Assembly (NCBI RefSeq): GCF_006345805.1
Contig: NC_042999.1
Coordinates: 137,578,001-137,642,000, forward strand
DNA length: 64,000 nucleotides
Reading direction: 5' to 3'
DNA from: Octopus sinensis
Taxonomy: Eukaryota
Under the pieces are notes generated by a model. It saw nothing but the letters and a program-made list of their open reading frames with translations, ran no database searches and was not told where the DNA came from. This document shows positions 50,996 to 64,000 of this stretch, piece by piece (within the stretch, counting starts at the first letter, position 1; the number at the start of each line of letters is the position of its first letter). The position numbers and the translations under genes were made by a program.

Positions 50996-52725
50996 TATGC
51001 CTTCCTTTACTGTCTATTTTCCATGCTGGCATGGGCTGGATGATTTGACAGGAGCTGGCAAGGCCAAGAGCTGTTCTAGGCTCCAATGTCTGTTTTGGTA
51101 TGCTTTCTACAGCTGCATGCCCTTTCTAAAGCCAACCTTTACAGAGTGTACTGGGTGCTTTTTATGTGGCACCAGCACCAGTGGGGCCACCAAGTAACTT
51201 CAGCTGGGAGGGGAGAGTAGTATTGAGGGAGGTGGCTTTGAGAGTAAGAGCAAACAAGTGAGGTGTTAATGATGGAGAACAGTACAGGGGAGAGAAGGCA
51301 CAGAAAAGCGGTGGTTGGGAGAAGATAATGAGAAATGGAAGTAGTCTAGAGTGGGGAAAAAAGGTAACTGAGAAAGCAGTGGGATGCCGTATATGCCTAT
51401 TCTGGGGATGAAATGTGAAAAAGATGGTCAATGGGGCAGACCCCCACCCCACTCCACCTATGGACAAGCATTACAAAGTGGTTTGGGGATATCAACTTTG
51501 TTGTTGTGGATAGGTCTACTTGAGTGCTGTGAGGCACCTCATATCTCAATCCTCTGACATCCCCTTCATAAGGTTCAGTGTCTTAAGATCAACTCTCAAT
51601 GCTTCATCCCATATCTTCCCAGGTCTCCCTTTTCCACAAGTTCCAGTACTATGCAACTGTCCTCGTCCATATGCATCACATGACCAAACCAATGCAGTCC
51701 TCTCTTGCATACTGCATCTAATTCCCCTTATGCCTAATTTTTCTCTCAATACACAAGCACACTATCATACATGTACACTGACATTGCACAGCCAGCAGAG
51801 CATACTAGCTTCATTCCTCTCTTGTCTTTGTTTGTCCTCTGCATTCAGGACCCTTGTCTCACTACCACATAGCATTGCTGTTCATACACAAGCATCATAC
51901 AATCTTGCTTTCACTTGGAGGGAGAGGGACCTTTGGTTGCCAACAGCAGTAAAAGCTTTCTGAATTTTCTCCATCCTGTTCTTATTCTAGCAATTAAACT
52001 TTTGCTACATCCTCCTCTATTGCTAATTAGACAACATAGGAAGCAGAAATTATCCACTACCTTTAGAGAGCTTCTGGAGCATTTGAGAAAATCAATTTCG
52101 CATGTATCTGTAGACTTTATGCTTCCTGTGCATCTTCCACATACAAACATTATTTTCTCTGTTAACCTTCCTATTATTCCACTGCACCTCTTGTGTGTCC
52201 ATAGTTTGCGCTGGGTAGACTGAATGGAATTCATGCCAAGACCTTTCCTACATATCAACCAGGGCTATTTACCTGAAGTGGGTGGGGTCCTGCTCATTTT
52301 CTTGCTTACTAGGACCTTGGTTTTTGCTAAGCTAACTTTAAGGCCCTTCATTTCCAGGTTTTGCTTCCACACCTGGGATTTCTTTTCTAGTTGTTACAGA
52401 TTCTACTATCATCAGCATATAGAAGTTCCCATGGGCAGCTGATCTTAAATTCCTGTAATAGCCTGGAGGGTGGTGATGAATAGGAGGGGTGCTGAGGACC
52501 AAGCCTTGGTGAAAACCTACTCATACACTAAATTTATTACAGCACACATGCCTAACTCTTACCTTATTAACAACACCCCTGTACTTAGTCTGTACTGATT
52601 TCACAAACTATTCATCTATCTCTCGCTTCCTCAGAGACTATCATATCACAGAGCAAGCTACTCTATTGAAGGCTTTCTCCAAATCAACAAATGCCAAGTA
52701 TAGCAGCTTATTCTTGGTTAAATAC
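50996..52725 (-). mobile_element. Younger 5'-truncated RTE LINE nested inside the plus-strand RTE
   Basis: From TKNKLLYLAFVDLEKAFNRV (about 52700), through the Cys-rich insert (ORF 51911-52258) and MREKLGIRGIRCSMQER, to the tail at about 51000. Confidence 0.85.
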
Positions 52726-53330
52726 TACTCTTTACATCTTATTGTTAAATGCTTGGAAGACTCACTAGAAGTAGTAAATAGTTTTCATTACTTTGGTGAT
52801 CTAATTAATAGAGGAGGTAAGAGTTCTGAAAGCATAGCAACTGGACGAAGAATAGGTTGGAAAAACTTCAGGGAGCTATTACCTTTGCAGATAACAAATG
52901 GTATGATACTTGTGTACAAAGTGTGATGCTACATGGGTGTGATATATGGGCTTTGAATGTAGATTTGCAACAGCTGGAAAGAAACAAAGCAAACGTGCTC
53001 CAGTGGATGTGTAATGTTAAGTGTGCACAAATGAGCTGAAAGAAATGCCAAAAGCGGCCTCAGATACAATGTTTAGAAGAAAAGAATGCACTAGTATGTA
53101 TGTGTGATATAATGAAGGATGTCTGCTCAGTTAAGAAATGCTAAATACTTTAAGTGGATGGAATCTATAATTGATGTAGGACATCTAGGAATTCTTGTAA
53201 TGCAGTGGTGAAGATTGAGCCTCACAAATATGACAAAGAACTGTGATGAATGGTGGCAGGTAGTTCCAGAGAAGACCTGTCCATTGGTGCAAGCAGGGCA
53301 AAATGGTCATTAAAGTGGTGGTTGAGATGA
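52726..53330 (+). mobile_element. Continuation (3' part) of the old plus-strand RTE
   Basis: KCLEDSLEVVNSFHYFGDLINRGGKSSESIATGRRIGWKNFRELLP resumes where 50995 stops. Confidence 0.85.
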
Positions 53331-53559
53331 AGACTGGATGTGTAACATATCTACATAGGATCTATCATCCATTATATTCTTGCCAAGTAACCATCTACTG
53401 TCATCTTTACTCTTTCATTCACCCTCACTTTTATTTACTGCACCATGCTGCCTGTGTTATAGGGAAAGTATTCTACAGGGTGCATTGGGTAAATTGTTGC
53501 CATTTTATATTTTTAATGTTGCACATGCACATTTATTTTTAATTTTGTCGACTACACAG

Positions 53560-54315
53560 TACAGTAGGGTCAGTTGGGCACCATCTATGAGAAAAACAGT
53601 ACCATGACACAATTCACTCTGCCAGAAATTTGGAAATGACATGTACTGCTTGGTATTCATGCCAGAAGCTTCAATACGAACATTTCAGCGTTTTTGGATG
53701 TCAATCTGAAGACATATACCGAGAGTGATAAAAGTCAACATCCTGGTGTTTGGAGTGATCACTAGTGATGGCAACATTATGTCTCCATTCATCTTCCCAC
53801 ACAGCCTCAGACTAAACACAGAGGCCTACATCAAGTGCCTGGAGGAGGTAGTGTTGCCCTGGGTCAAGAGGGTGGCTGCTGGAAGACCCTGTCTAGCAAC
53901 AGAATTCTGCACCCATGCCACACAAGCAGGAGAACCCAGTCATACAATTTCTGCGACCACATCGCTCCTAACATCTGGCCACCTAACTCCCCAGACTGCA
54001 ACCCCCTTGATTATTATGTGTGGGGTACAGTTGAGTGAGAGACCAACAAAACTCCTTGTAACACCAAAGATGAGGTGTAGGCAAGGATTATGACAGCGTT
54101 CATCAACTTAAACAAGGAGACCATCCAGAAGAGTTTCAGGAGATTCCAAAGTCATCTGGAAGCCATAGTTAAAGCCAATGGCAATTTTATGAATAAATTT
54201 ATTCTTTAGTATTTCAAGATATTTTTATGTAATTTTGGTAAATATATCTGTTAAAATGAGATGTCAGCGTCATTTTCATTTTTGCGTAATTTTGACGACA
54301 GTTTATTCACCGTAC
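53560..54315 (+). mobile_element. maT/DD37D-type Tc1/mariner relic (internally deleted)
   Basis: VFGVITSDG...YIKCLEEVVLPW and QQNSAP..HTSRRTQ...NIWPPNSPDCNPLDYYVWG. Confidence 0.85.
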
Positions 54316-55419
54316 CCTGTATTTGTCCCTATTCAATCCCCACTACAACCACCGGTTATTGCTCTTTCTTTCTTCCATCACCCTTTATCATTACTTTTCT
54401 TCTATAATCACTCCTTTACTACTTTACATCTGTGTAACAGGGAGGGATGCATTGGATCTGTCCATATCCAGTATTCTTCTAGCATCACCCTTCGTTACCA
54501 CTAGCTACAACTCTCACTCTCACCCACATCACTCTTCATCATCATCTACAACTCTCAGTATCACCCATCTCTATTGTTATTCATCACTCATTCTCCCTTA
54601 CTATCACTTATTTTTATTGATAACTCCTATCAACCCATTCATGCTGTTTTCCATTCGATCTCTTAACCAATAACCAACAAGTAGTTATCACTGCTTCTCT
54701 TCCATTACTCTCTCTCCCCTCCTCTCCTCCCTCACTTATTCTGTTTATGCCCCTCAAACTCATACTTTCTCTTTTTTCATCCTCTTAGTCATCACTCTCT
54801 TCTATTTACCTTTTCAATCATGTTTGCTTTGAAAGGAAAAACACAACATAGAGTAGAGAGGACTTTTTAATCTTGCCAAGGACATGACAATCTTTCTAAT
54901 GCTGATGCCATAATAAAATGCACCTAGTACACACCATGAAGTGAATGGTGTTAGAAAGGGCATCCAACCATGGAAACTAGGCCATAAATTAAGCATAAAA
55001 GATGTGGTTTCATGAACCATCTAGGATGCCTGTAACTCTGAATAAGAACTGACTTGTATCACAGCAACCCATCCAATATGGAAAGTGAATGTAAAATAAT
55101 GTTGATAACACAATTTCGTTTTTATGTCCATGCTGACAACACTTCTTGAGGTTAGATTCCTTGGTTAGATGCCCTTTCTGATGCAAACCCTTATTTTCAC
55201 AAAAGAATTTTATTCCACATCTTAGCATATCAAATCACTGAGCTTCTGGACATTTCATTTATGCAGGACATAAATAATATCACCACTGACCAAACAGTAT
55301 CAATGCAAAGATTCACACACATATGCACACACAAATTAAGCAAACACAAATCCTATCCTTTTTACATTATAACCTATATATTATTTAGATACTTAGGTAA
55401 CTATATATTATTTAGGTAG

Positions 55420-55680
55420 CGGCCTAGTGGAATTGAACCTAAGATCATTATGATGTGAGTTTGATTCCTGGATTAGGTGGTCTATTGTGTTCTTGTTGTC
55501 TCCTTGAGCCAGGCGCTTCATTTCACATTACTCCAGTTTTCTCAGCAGTAAAAGAGTACCAGCATCTTCTGCCTCCTGCTGTCACATCAAGGATGTTCTG
55601 TTCAGTTAAGTGTGAGAGAGCCAAGAGAGTATCAATATTGACATCTACACAGACAGCTGAAAACAATTAACAAAAGCCTG
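55420..55680 (+). mobile_element. Decayed tRNA-derived SINE
   Basis: tagcggcctagtgg (A-box-like), gagtttgattcc (B-box-like) and ccttgagccaggcgcttc head motif. Confidence 0.5.
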
Positions 55681-58459
55681 GTACATGCTATGATGCCATA
55701 CTCACTTGCAAGTGACAGCTAAAGGCTTTTCTGGCTTTTTTTACATATGAAAATTTGAATACAGTTTTTGGTTTTTCTCCTAATAGAACTATTTTTCAAA
55801 GTAAAACTGCTTCACACTTGAAATTTCAATGAAAGAATGGTAAGAACTTATATAGAGGTAAGAAATTTTATAAAATAAAGCTGGCCTAGTTGTTGAAGTC
55901 ATACTACTTTAAGGCAAAAATTAATGCAAACTATATTACATTTTCAAAAAAATGTAAATTTATGCTTGAAATATTTCTACTTTGTCTTAGATTTGAATTA
56001 TGATTAAAAGGGAGGCAAAAAAAAAAAGGTTCAGGTTTTGATTTTTCATACTCAGATGTCTACAGAACATCCTCCTTTTTTCTTTTTACTACAAACTGTT
56101 ATTTTGTTACAATTAGATATTATTTCCAAATTCATTACAGGCCACACACTGAGTTACATACAGTATGTTACATGTTGCCTACAGTGTGCAAGTCTGTTAT
56201 AAAATTTAGAAACAGTATGACTATTTGTATGTGTGTGTATGGGGGGTCCTTTCTTGTGTAGATAAGCAGAGACAGAGTTTAAAATTAACTAAATAAGCAT
56301 ATCACTCAATATTATTAAGTTAAATTAAACTGGAGATTTTCCTTACTTTATTTCAAGAAAAGGTGCCAAAATTTTACATTAAATATGAATTTAACTAATT
56401 CATATAAGTTATCAGAAGAATTTCTAAATACTTTAAAGGACACAGGAGATAGAAATGTTTATGGAAGGAATCTTTATCATGTGCCCCTTGAAGCAGTTTT
56501 CTCCAATTAAGTACAAACAGGTGACAGCATATGCTGCTTGAACAAATAAAAAGAAAAAAAGAGAGATAACAAAACAATCTTATAGCCAAAAATTTTTATC
56601 AGCAGGCATAGAAAGACATAAAAATAGGAAACAATCACATGTTCAAAGATAGGATATTCAAATGTTCCTGCTGGCTTTATGAGTGGCTTTCAACAATGGA
56701 CCATTTCCATGTCATCAACTACTTTACTGAAAACTTATCTGAATATTGCAAACTAGCCAGCCTAGCCTTGGCAGACTACAAAAAAAAAAAGTATTCCATT
56801 CTTTGCACAAGTTGCTGTGATGAAAGAAATAGTTTTAACAAAAGATCAAGGTTAAAATAGAACTCCATGATACTATCTACCATTATTTGTAGTGGGGGTC
56901 AGCAGATCAGACAACATTGTAGTAACTATGAATCCAAGGCTTCTTAAGGAAGGCTAAAATAATAACTTTGATGGATATTAGCTAGGGAGATACAATAAAA
57001 GGATATGTACTCTTTTCTTTAATGTATAATTTATAAGGAAAATTTGCAGATGATAGATTGAAAAATTGTCAGCACAAAAGCAAATGAGAATTTGGTAATG
57101 GTGGTTGGACAGAAGTATAAAAGATATAAAAATACTTTGTTATACTAAGAAACAGTTGCTATTTACTTGTGCTATATGACAGCCAGTAGGCTAAAGGAAT
57201 AAGTCCAACAACACCTGTCATGCAATAATTCCACTGCTGTTGTGTTAAATATTGTTTAAGACTTAAATAAAATGTTCACACATGATAAAATATGGAGGGA
57301 ATTATCAAGCTACCAATTCTTTTTTTTTTAACGAATATTATATATCACCATACATATATACATATATATATATATATGCATGCACACATACACACACACA
57401 CTAGCATGATTATAAATCATAGGAATCTACAAGCATAGAAACAAAACTACTGAAATGAAATAAAACTGTTAATTATTTTGTAGGAATGTGTATATTGTGT
57501 ACAATGTATATGTGTGTATGTGTATGCATATGTATGTGTGTAAATACATATATTTCCATTTATATGCACAACTTACCATGTTGGTATACATGTACGGAGA
57601 AATACACACAATTTTAAATTGCATACATAGATACACGCACATTCACACACGTGAATTCTCTTTCATATAGATGTTATATTTTCCTAGCTTTACTGCTATT
57701 GTATTGCTAAACAGAGGAAGTAAATGAGAGACAAAAAATAATAAATAAATAAATGAATAAATAAATATTAAAAAAAAATGATTTTGGGGTTGTCACTGCT
57801 CTTGTTAGATTATATATTAGCAGCTGCATGGCGACCAGCTGCTACCAGCAGATGCTAATCTGCTAGATTGGCTAAGCTATTGTTGAACACTGATAGCCCA
57901 TGCAATTCTCATTGTGCTTTTTGAACACTAGAAACTGATGACAGCTAGCCATGTGGACTCTCCTGAAAACATTAAAAAATAATTCAAGAGTAGCAAACAC
58001 TTCTCAACTAAGAATTTGTTTTTGTTTGTTTATTTTAGTAATTTTTCCCCTATTTCATCACAATTAAATTCTACTATACTATAATTGTTTAGAAATAAAT
58101 AAAAAATAAAAAAAATACACAACTAAAGGAATTTACTCTCTGGAATTGGAAAATGGAAAAAAACTGAAATCTTTTTATGGTTTTACCTAAGTTAATGTGA
58201 TTCCTTTATTTTCTGCAATTCATTAGCTTCATTAAATGATGAAAAGTTTTATAGTACCTATATGAATATATAATGACAACAAGCACATATACATGGACAA
58301 ATAATTGCATATGTGTAGGAGTGAATGAGTAAAAGTATATCTTGCATGTGGATACATCTGTAAGTTAATATGTATCTGCTATAGATACAACAATATGTGT
58401 GTATACACGTGCACACATCTATATATATATACATACAAACATTCATATATACATTATAC

Positions 58460-58882
58460 AAAAATATATATATACACACAGACAGACATATACATATATA
58501 TGAATATAAACTTATATATATATACATACACACAGAGATGTATGTATGTATGTATATACAGCAATAAGAAAATGGAGGAGATCAAGAGGTGGTATTCATC
58601 AACTTTTAGACATTATATTATGTCTATTTATCTATTTTTTAAAAATTCTCATACATACACGCAAAATTCTCATATATACACACAGACAGACATATACATG
58701 AATATAAACTTATATATATATATATGTGTGTATATATATATATATACATACACACAGAGATATATGCATGTATGTATGTACGTACGTATGTACAGCAATA
58801 AGAAAATGGAGGGGATCAAGAGGTGGTATTCATCAACTTTTAGACATTACATTATGTCTATTTATCTATTTTTTAAAAAACA
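58460..58882. repeat. Tandem duplication of a ~200-bp unit with microsatellite-like and unique parts
   Basis: cagcaataagaaaatggagg..atcaagaggtggtattcatcaacttttagacatta occurs at about 58560 and about 58793. Confidence 0.9.
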
Positions 58883-59386
58883 ATTATAACAATATGCATA
58901 CATGTATAACATATTATGCATTACATATATAATATATAAAATATAAAAATACCAGTAATTATTAAAATATATAACGTAGAGCATAGAAAGTAGAATAGTA
59001 TTTCCTGTGTTGAGAAGGGAGGATTACTGTAGTAGTTCATATTTTTCTTTTTATATAATTATAATAATTATACACAAACATATATATACACATATAAACA
59101 TGCGATATGTTTTCTATTGAGGACTTAAGGTAACGGTCCACAATAAGTGGGTTAAAGTTTATATTAATACATGTGATATTAGTCAGGACTAAAAGTAATA
59201 AATTTCCAGGTATTAATCAAGATACTTTATTATTTTCCATTACTTTTGGTTTATCAAGTAAAAAAAAAGTAAAACACTTATGTATTAATAATTGGGTATT
59301 CTACCAGCAGTGCATTGGATGGATATTATCCCTTAGTTGGTTGGATTCACAACCTCTAACTCTCTTGGAATTTTATATATATATAT

Positions 59387-59680
59387 AGTTGTGTGATAAG
59401 AAGTTTGTTTCCCAACCACATGGTTCCAAGTTCATCCCCACTGCATAGCACCTTGAGCAAGTGATTTCTCCTATAGCCTTGAACCAATCAAAGCATTGTG
59501 AGTGTATTTGATAAATAGAAACTGAAAGAAGCCCATCATATGAATGTGTGTGTCTGTGTTGGTTGACAACTACTATTGGTATGTTTATGTCTCTGTAACG
59601 TAGCAGTTTAGCAAAAATGATTGATAAAATAAGTAGAAGGCTTAAAAAACAAATACCATAAAACCCATGTAATTTACACA
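59387..59680 (+). mobile_element. Cephalopod-type tRNA-derived SINE
   Basis: gtgtgataagaagtttgtttcccaaccacatggttccaagttca...ttgagcaagtg...gaaactgaaagaagccc...gtaacgtagcagttt...gataaaataagta. Confidence 0.75.
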
Positions 59681-60959
59681 CTTTTTTTGCAAAAAAGTTG
59701 ACTTTTATTTATGCTGGACAGTATAATGCTTACTTTTTCTGTATAAATTTACTAAAACAATTAAATGGTTAACTACTTTTTGAAGTTTGACATTCATGCT
59801 GGTAATCATGTCCGGGCCATATTTTGCATTGCTTGGAGTTTCTACCTATCGCAATGGAGCCCAGCAATTTCCTTAGATAGATCAGTTTTTCTCTGCTTAA
59901 GAAGCCTACCTTATGTTTGCTTCCAGGAAGCTATTGCTTGCTTTATCCGTGTTAGAGCAATGAAATTCATCACTGCCGATATCGTCAATGATAACATCAT
60001 AATTCATTCTTTTGCGTGTAAACTCACTAAGTGAATATGACTTAGCTTTCCAACAGAAACCTTCATTTACCTTATACGATGTTTAATGTTGTCTCATATT
60101 CATGTTGAATTATGCAGCAATCTTATGCTTTCTTCATAGAACATTTGTAATGTATGTATTACCAGTTCTTTTGGTATAGTAGACTTATGCTATTCTTGTT
60201 AATGTCTCCTCACAGATGTGCATATTCTAACAAGTTGCTTCTTAAATTTTGCACCTCTCTTGTTCAATAAACACTGAGTAAAATTTGCAAAGCTGTTTAT
60301 TTTCTTCTTTCGATTTTTAATGTTTATTTGAGTAAGTTACCAAACTATCAGTTTGGTCTCCCGGCTAAAATGTTAATGACAAATTTTAAAGTTTGCTTGA
60401 CATTTTATAAGTGTGAAAGGGATTAAAATTTCAATACTCTGTATCAAAGGTTCCAACAAGAATGGGCAGAAAATCAGAGCTTGAGACAAGAAAACACTTT
60501 CGAATTCTGTTTACATAATCAGTTTGAGTGGTCACCTTCCTTTGTTGGTTGAGTAAAGTGTCATCCCAGCTGATGTTTATTGGTAATTAAACTTATTTTG
60601 CAACACTGGTGAATATTTATCAGCTTTGTTTTTGTTGATAGGAATTATCAACAACTTTTTCTGTGATCGTGATTTGAGAAGACATACAGAAGTATGCTAG
60701 AGATAGGACATAATCTCTTGTGGGCAAGAAATGTAAAATAAAGTTTATTTACAAACAACAAAATATTTCATAATTTAATAGCTTTCAATGTAATACCTGT
60801 TAACAGAAATTATTTTTATTTAATGAAAATTTAATAAAATCTAATCATAAGTAAGTGAAATTATGCTAAGTACAACTAAATTGAAAACCATTTCCCTTGG
60901 TCATATCGGCAATTCTGAAAACTTTTGGGTGTGAATTTTACACGAGTAGAAGCTTTTTT

Positions 60960-61188
60960 TAACAATTTTTATCCTGAAGATCATCTGCATAAATTACACA
61001 GGCGTGCAAATTTCATGTGGTCACAAAAACATAAATTTCCCAGCTTGTGAAGTAAACACATTGATGTCACTCGGCACACTGCCTCATGAAGGTCACTGCT
61101 AGCTATCCACTCCTCACACAATTTGTGTGCTGCCATCTGTTGGCTCACTACAGAACTAGTCTGGGAACTTTTTGATACCACCTCATAT
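60960..61188 (-). mobile_element. Mariner terminal fragment (TIR and non-coding leader)
   Basis: Minus strand starts tatgaggtggtatcaaaaagttcccagact, similar to the TIR at 40593. Confidence 0.5.
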
Positions 61189-61329
61189 ATCTATTACAGC
61201 CACTTTTACCAATTGGCTTCACACTACATAATCAGGCTGTTACCTAACACTCCATTGAACCCCTAGTATATATGTATATCTATGCCATCATGAAAACATA
61301 TGTTAAAGGATGATGATGATAATGATGAT

Positions 61330-61384
<55 letters not shown>

Positions 61385-62149
61385 GATTTTCTTGTTGTGA
61401 ACGACAGATGAGGGTTCAGTGAAATAAAGTGATAATCATGTTCTATGGACATGAGTGTATCTCTTGAGGCCTGCTTATGCCTTGCAAACCTTTTAGCAAA
61501 TGGAACAAGTTGAGGACTCAGTTTGCTTGAGTGCTTGTGGACCATTTATTATGTGTTTTCTTGAGTAGACAGCTAGGCCTTCTTTGCTTCATGCCACAAA
61601 ACCACAATGACAGGTAAGGTTTCCATTTAGAGGAGCAGCATTTTGGCAGTGTGCCTTCATGCTTGCATGAAGTTGGCCCCAACGATGGAGTTGGCTTTGC
61701 TCAAATCTTTGAACTGAAGAGAAGCAAGGCTAGTGCCAGGTCCTGTGTTCTGGTGCTTTGTTTGCCCAGGAAGAAAAGGAAATGTTACATCTATAATATG
61801 TGTGTGTAAATATATATTTGAATGAGTCAGTTCATATTTCCCTTTATCTTCACATGTGCTTGCTATCTTCAAACAGAAAATGAATTCAGACCAGGTTCTT
61901 CACATAACTATGCCAAGCTTTTTGATAAGCATTATTATCTTGATTGGAAACAGGTCAGGGTTAGCACCAGAAAGGATATCCAGTCTTAGCAAACTATGCC
62001 CCAATATAGTTTCATCTGATCCATGCAAGCTTGAAAAGGTAGACATTAAAACAATGATGGCGAAGATGGTGATGGTGATGGTGATGATGATGAAGATAAT
62101 GATAAATATATGTGTGTGCATACACACACCCACACACACATCCTCCTCC

Positions 62150-64000
62150 TCCTCATCATCATCATCATCATCAACATTTAACATCCACTTTCCATGGTGG
62201 CATGGGTTGGACAGTTTGACTGTAAGCTGGTAAGCCAGGGGGCTGCACCAGGTTCCGATTTCATTTGGCAAGGTTTCTACAGCTGGATACCCTTCCTAAA
62301 ACCATTCACTCTGAGAGTGTAGTGGGTGTTTTTTATATGTTACTGGCACATATGCCAATGACTTGAAACCAGTATTGGCCACAACTACAATCTCAGTTGG
62401 CTTGACAGGTCTACTACAAGCACAGTATATTGCCAAAGGTCTTGGTCACCTGTCTCTGCCTCCATGACGCCCAACACTCAAATAATGCTTTTTATGTGCC
62501 ACTGGCATGGGTGCAAGTCAGATGGCATTGACATCAGCCACAACTATAATTTCACTCAGTTTGACAGGTCTTCACAAGCACAGCATATCACCCAACACTG
62601 AAGGGTGTTTTCAACAAGCCAGTTACACGACACTGGCATCAGTCACAACTATGATCTCACTTGGCTTGATGAGGCCCAATGCTCGGATGGTACTTTTTAC
62701 GTGTCACTAGCACAGGTGCAAGTCACAGTGCACTGGCATTGAACACAACTACAATTTCACTCGGCTCAACAAGTCTTCACAAGCAAAGCATATCGCCCAA
62801 TGACTGAAGGATGTTTTTAACAGGCCAGTTACGCAACACTGGCATTGGCCATGACTACGATCTTACTTGGCTTGATGGGTCTTCTCAAGCATGGCATATA
62901 TCCAAAGGTCTCAGTCGCTTGTCATTGCCTCTATGAAACCTAACATTTCAAAATCATGCTTCACCACTTCGTCCCATGTCTTCCTGGGTCTACCTCTTCC
63001 ATAGGTTCCCTCCACTGTTAGAATTCAACACTTCTTCACACAGCTGTCCTCATCCATATGCATCACATGACCATACCACTGCAGTTGACTCTCTTGCAAG
63101 TCCAACTTTTCTCTCAGGACACTTACATTCTGTCGTGCAAGCACACTGACATTACACATCCAACAGAGCATACTAGCTTCATTTCTTACAAGCCTACACA
63201 TATCTTCAGAAGTCATAGCCCATGTTTCACTGCCATGTAGCATGGCTGTTCACACACAGGCATCATACAGTCTGCCTTTCATTTTGAGCAAGAGGCCCTT
63301 CGTTACCAACAGAGGTAGGAGCTCTCTGAATTTTGCCCAGCCTATTCTTATTCTAAAAGCTATGCTCTCAGAGCATTCACCAAGGTAACAGAAGCTATCG
63401 ACTACATCTAGTTTTTCCTACTGGTATGTGAATGAATCTATTTTCTGTACATCTTCAATGTTTACTGCCACTGCGCACCATCCACACACAAAAACTATCA
63501 CCTATGCTAACCTTCCTCTGATATCGTTGCACCTCTTATGTGTCCATAGCTTACACTGGGTATATCTTATGGAGTTTCTAACTATGCCTTTTCTACAGAT
63601 TGAGCAGGGCCATCACCTGAAGGGATTTGTGATTTATCTACCTCCCTACTTTATTTCATTAAGATTTGCCATAAAGGCAACCGGGCGGGGCCCCGGGACG
63701 ATGGGATCCTGGGGCCGCAATGTGCATTTGAGGTGTCGATGTTCACTGAGTCCCGTAATTCGCATCAGTTCACGTGGATAGCCATGCTCTTCATCGACGG
63801 ACAAGCCGAGTGATCCCCCATCCAATCTATACTTACCTCCCTACTTACTAAGACTTTGGTTTTTACTAGGTTAACTCTAAGGCCCTTTGATTTTAGACCT
63901 TGCTTCCATACCTGAAACTTCTCTAGTTCTGGTAGTGATTCAGCTATAAGAGCAAGTTCATCAGCATAGAAGAGATTATAGCCTACTCCACCAGATATTT
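62150..64000 (-). mobile_element. RTE LINE (RT from the YADD region to the tail), with reiterated 3' modules and a 5.8S insertion
   Basis: FYADELALIAES (about 63970), WPCSICRKG...WTHKRC...CGWC, MLHGSETWAMTSEDMCRLVRNEASML (ORF 63025-63243), and an (ATC)n tail at about 62150. Confidence 0.9.
63652..63833 (-). pseudogene. 5.8S rRNA retrocopy with a 13-bp TSD
   Basis: Minus strand reads ggatcactcggcttgtccgtcgatgaagagc...gaacatcgacac...gcacattgcggcccc...ccggggcc, which matches conserved 5.8S blocks. TSD tacctccctactt at 63639-63651 and 63834-63846. Confidence 0.88.

Noticed and set aside
55699-55775. Minus-strand segment reading GEKPKTVFKF..., with a gtgagt donor
   Set aside because: GEKP is not followed by a C2H2 pattern, and the phases do not fit the WSC exon chain.
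57934-57970. ctgatga...ctgaaaac, a possible hammerhead
   Set aside because: The stem II closing pair would be C-T, and stems I and III do not form.
59690-60720. Possible DNA-transposon coding relic next to the SINE
   Set aside because: It looks more coding-like than the background, but I could not recognise a catalytic motif or TIR, so the family cannot be supported.

Overview
AT-rich, microsatellite-dense animal genomic DNA. The SINE, RTE-LINE and Tc1/mariner families look cephalopod (Octopus-like); this is an inference. One multi-exon gene can be pieced together by hand on the minus strand. Exons at 46605-46729, 42377-42412, 38163-38298 and 35925-36052 are phase-compatible and give the second half of one WSC domain, a linker and a complete 8-Cys WSC domain. 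Weaker micro-exons and beta-rich, possibly PKD/REJ-like, exons continue down to about 21.5 kb. The rest is mostly intron or intergenic DNA filled with transposon relics: mariner DD34D, maT DD37D, piggyBac-type and foldback MITEs, a Helentron-like HINE, RTE LINEs (one nested in another, with a PHD-like finger inside the RT) and tRNA-derived SINEs. Two observations stand out. First, a perfect 231-bp-arm palindrome (44494-45010) lies in a (TA)n tract inside an intron of the WSC gene, and each arm carries an intact type I hammerhead ribozyme motif. Second, a near-full-length 5.8S rRNA copy (within 63652-63833) is inserted into an RTE LINE with a 13-bp target-site duplication.
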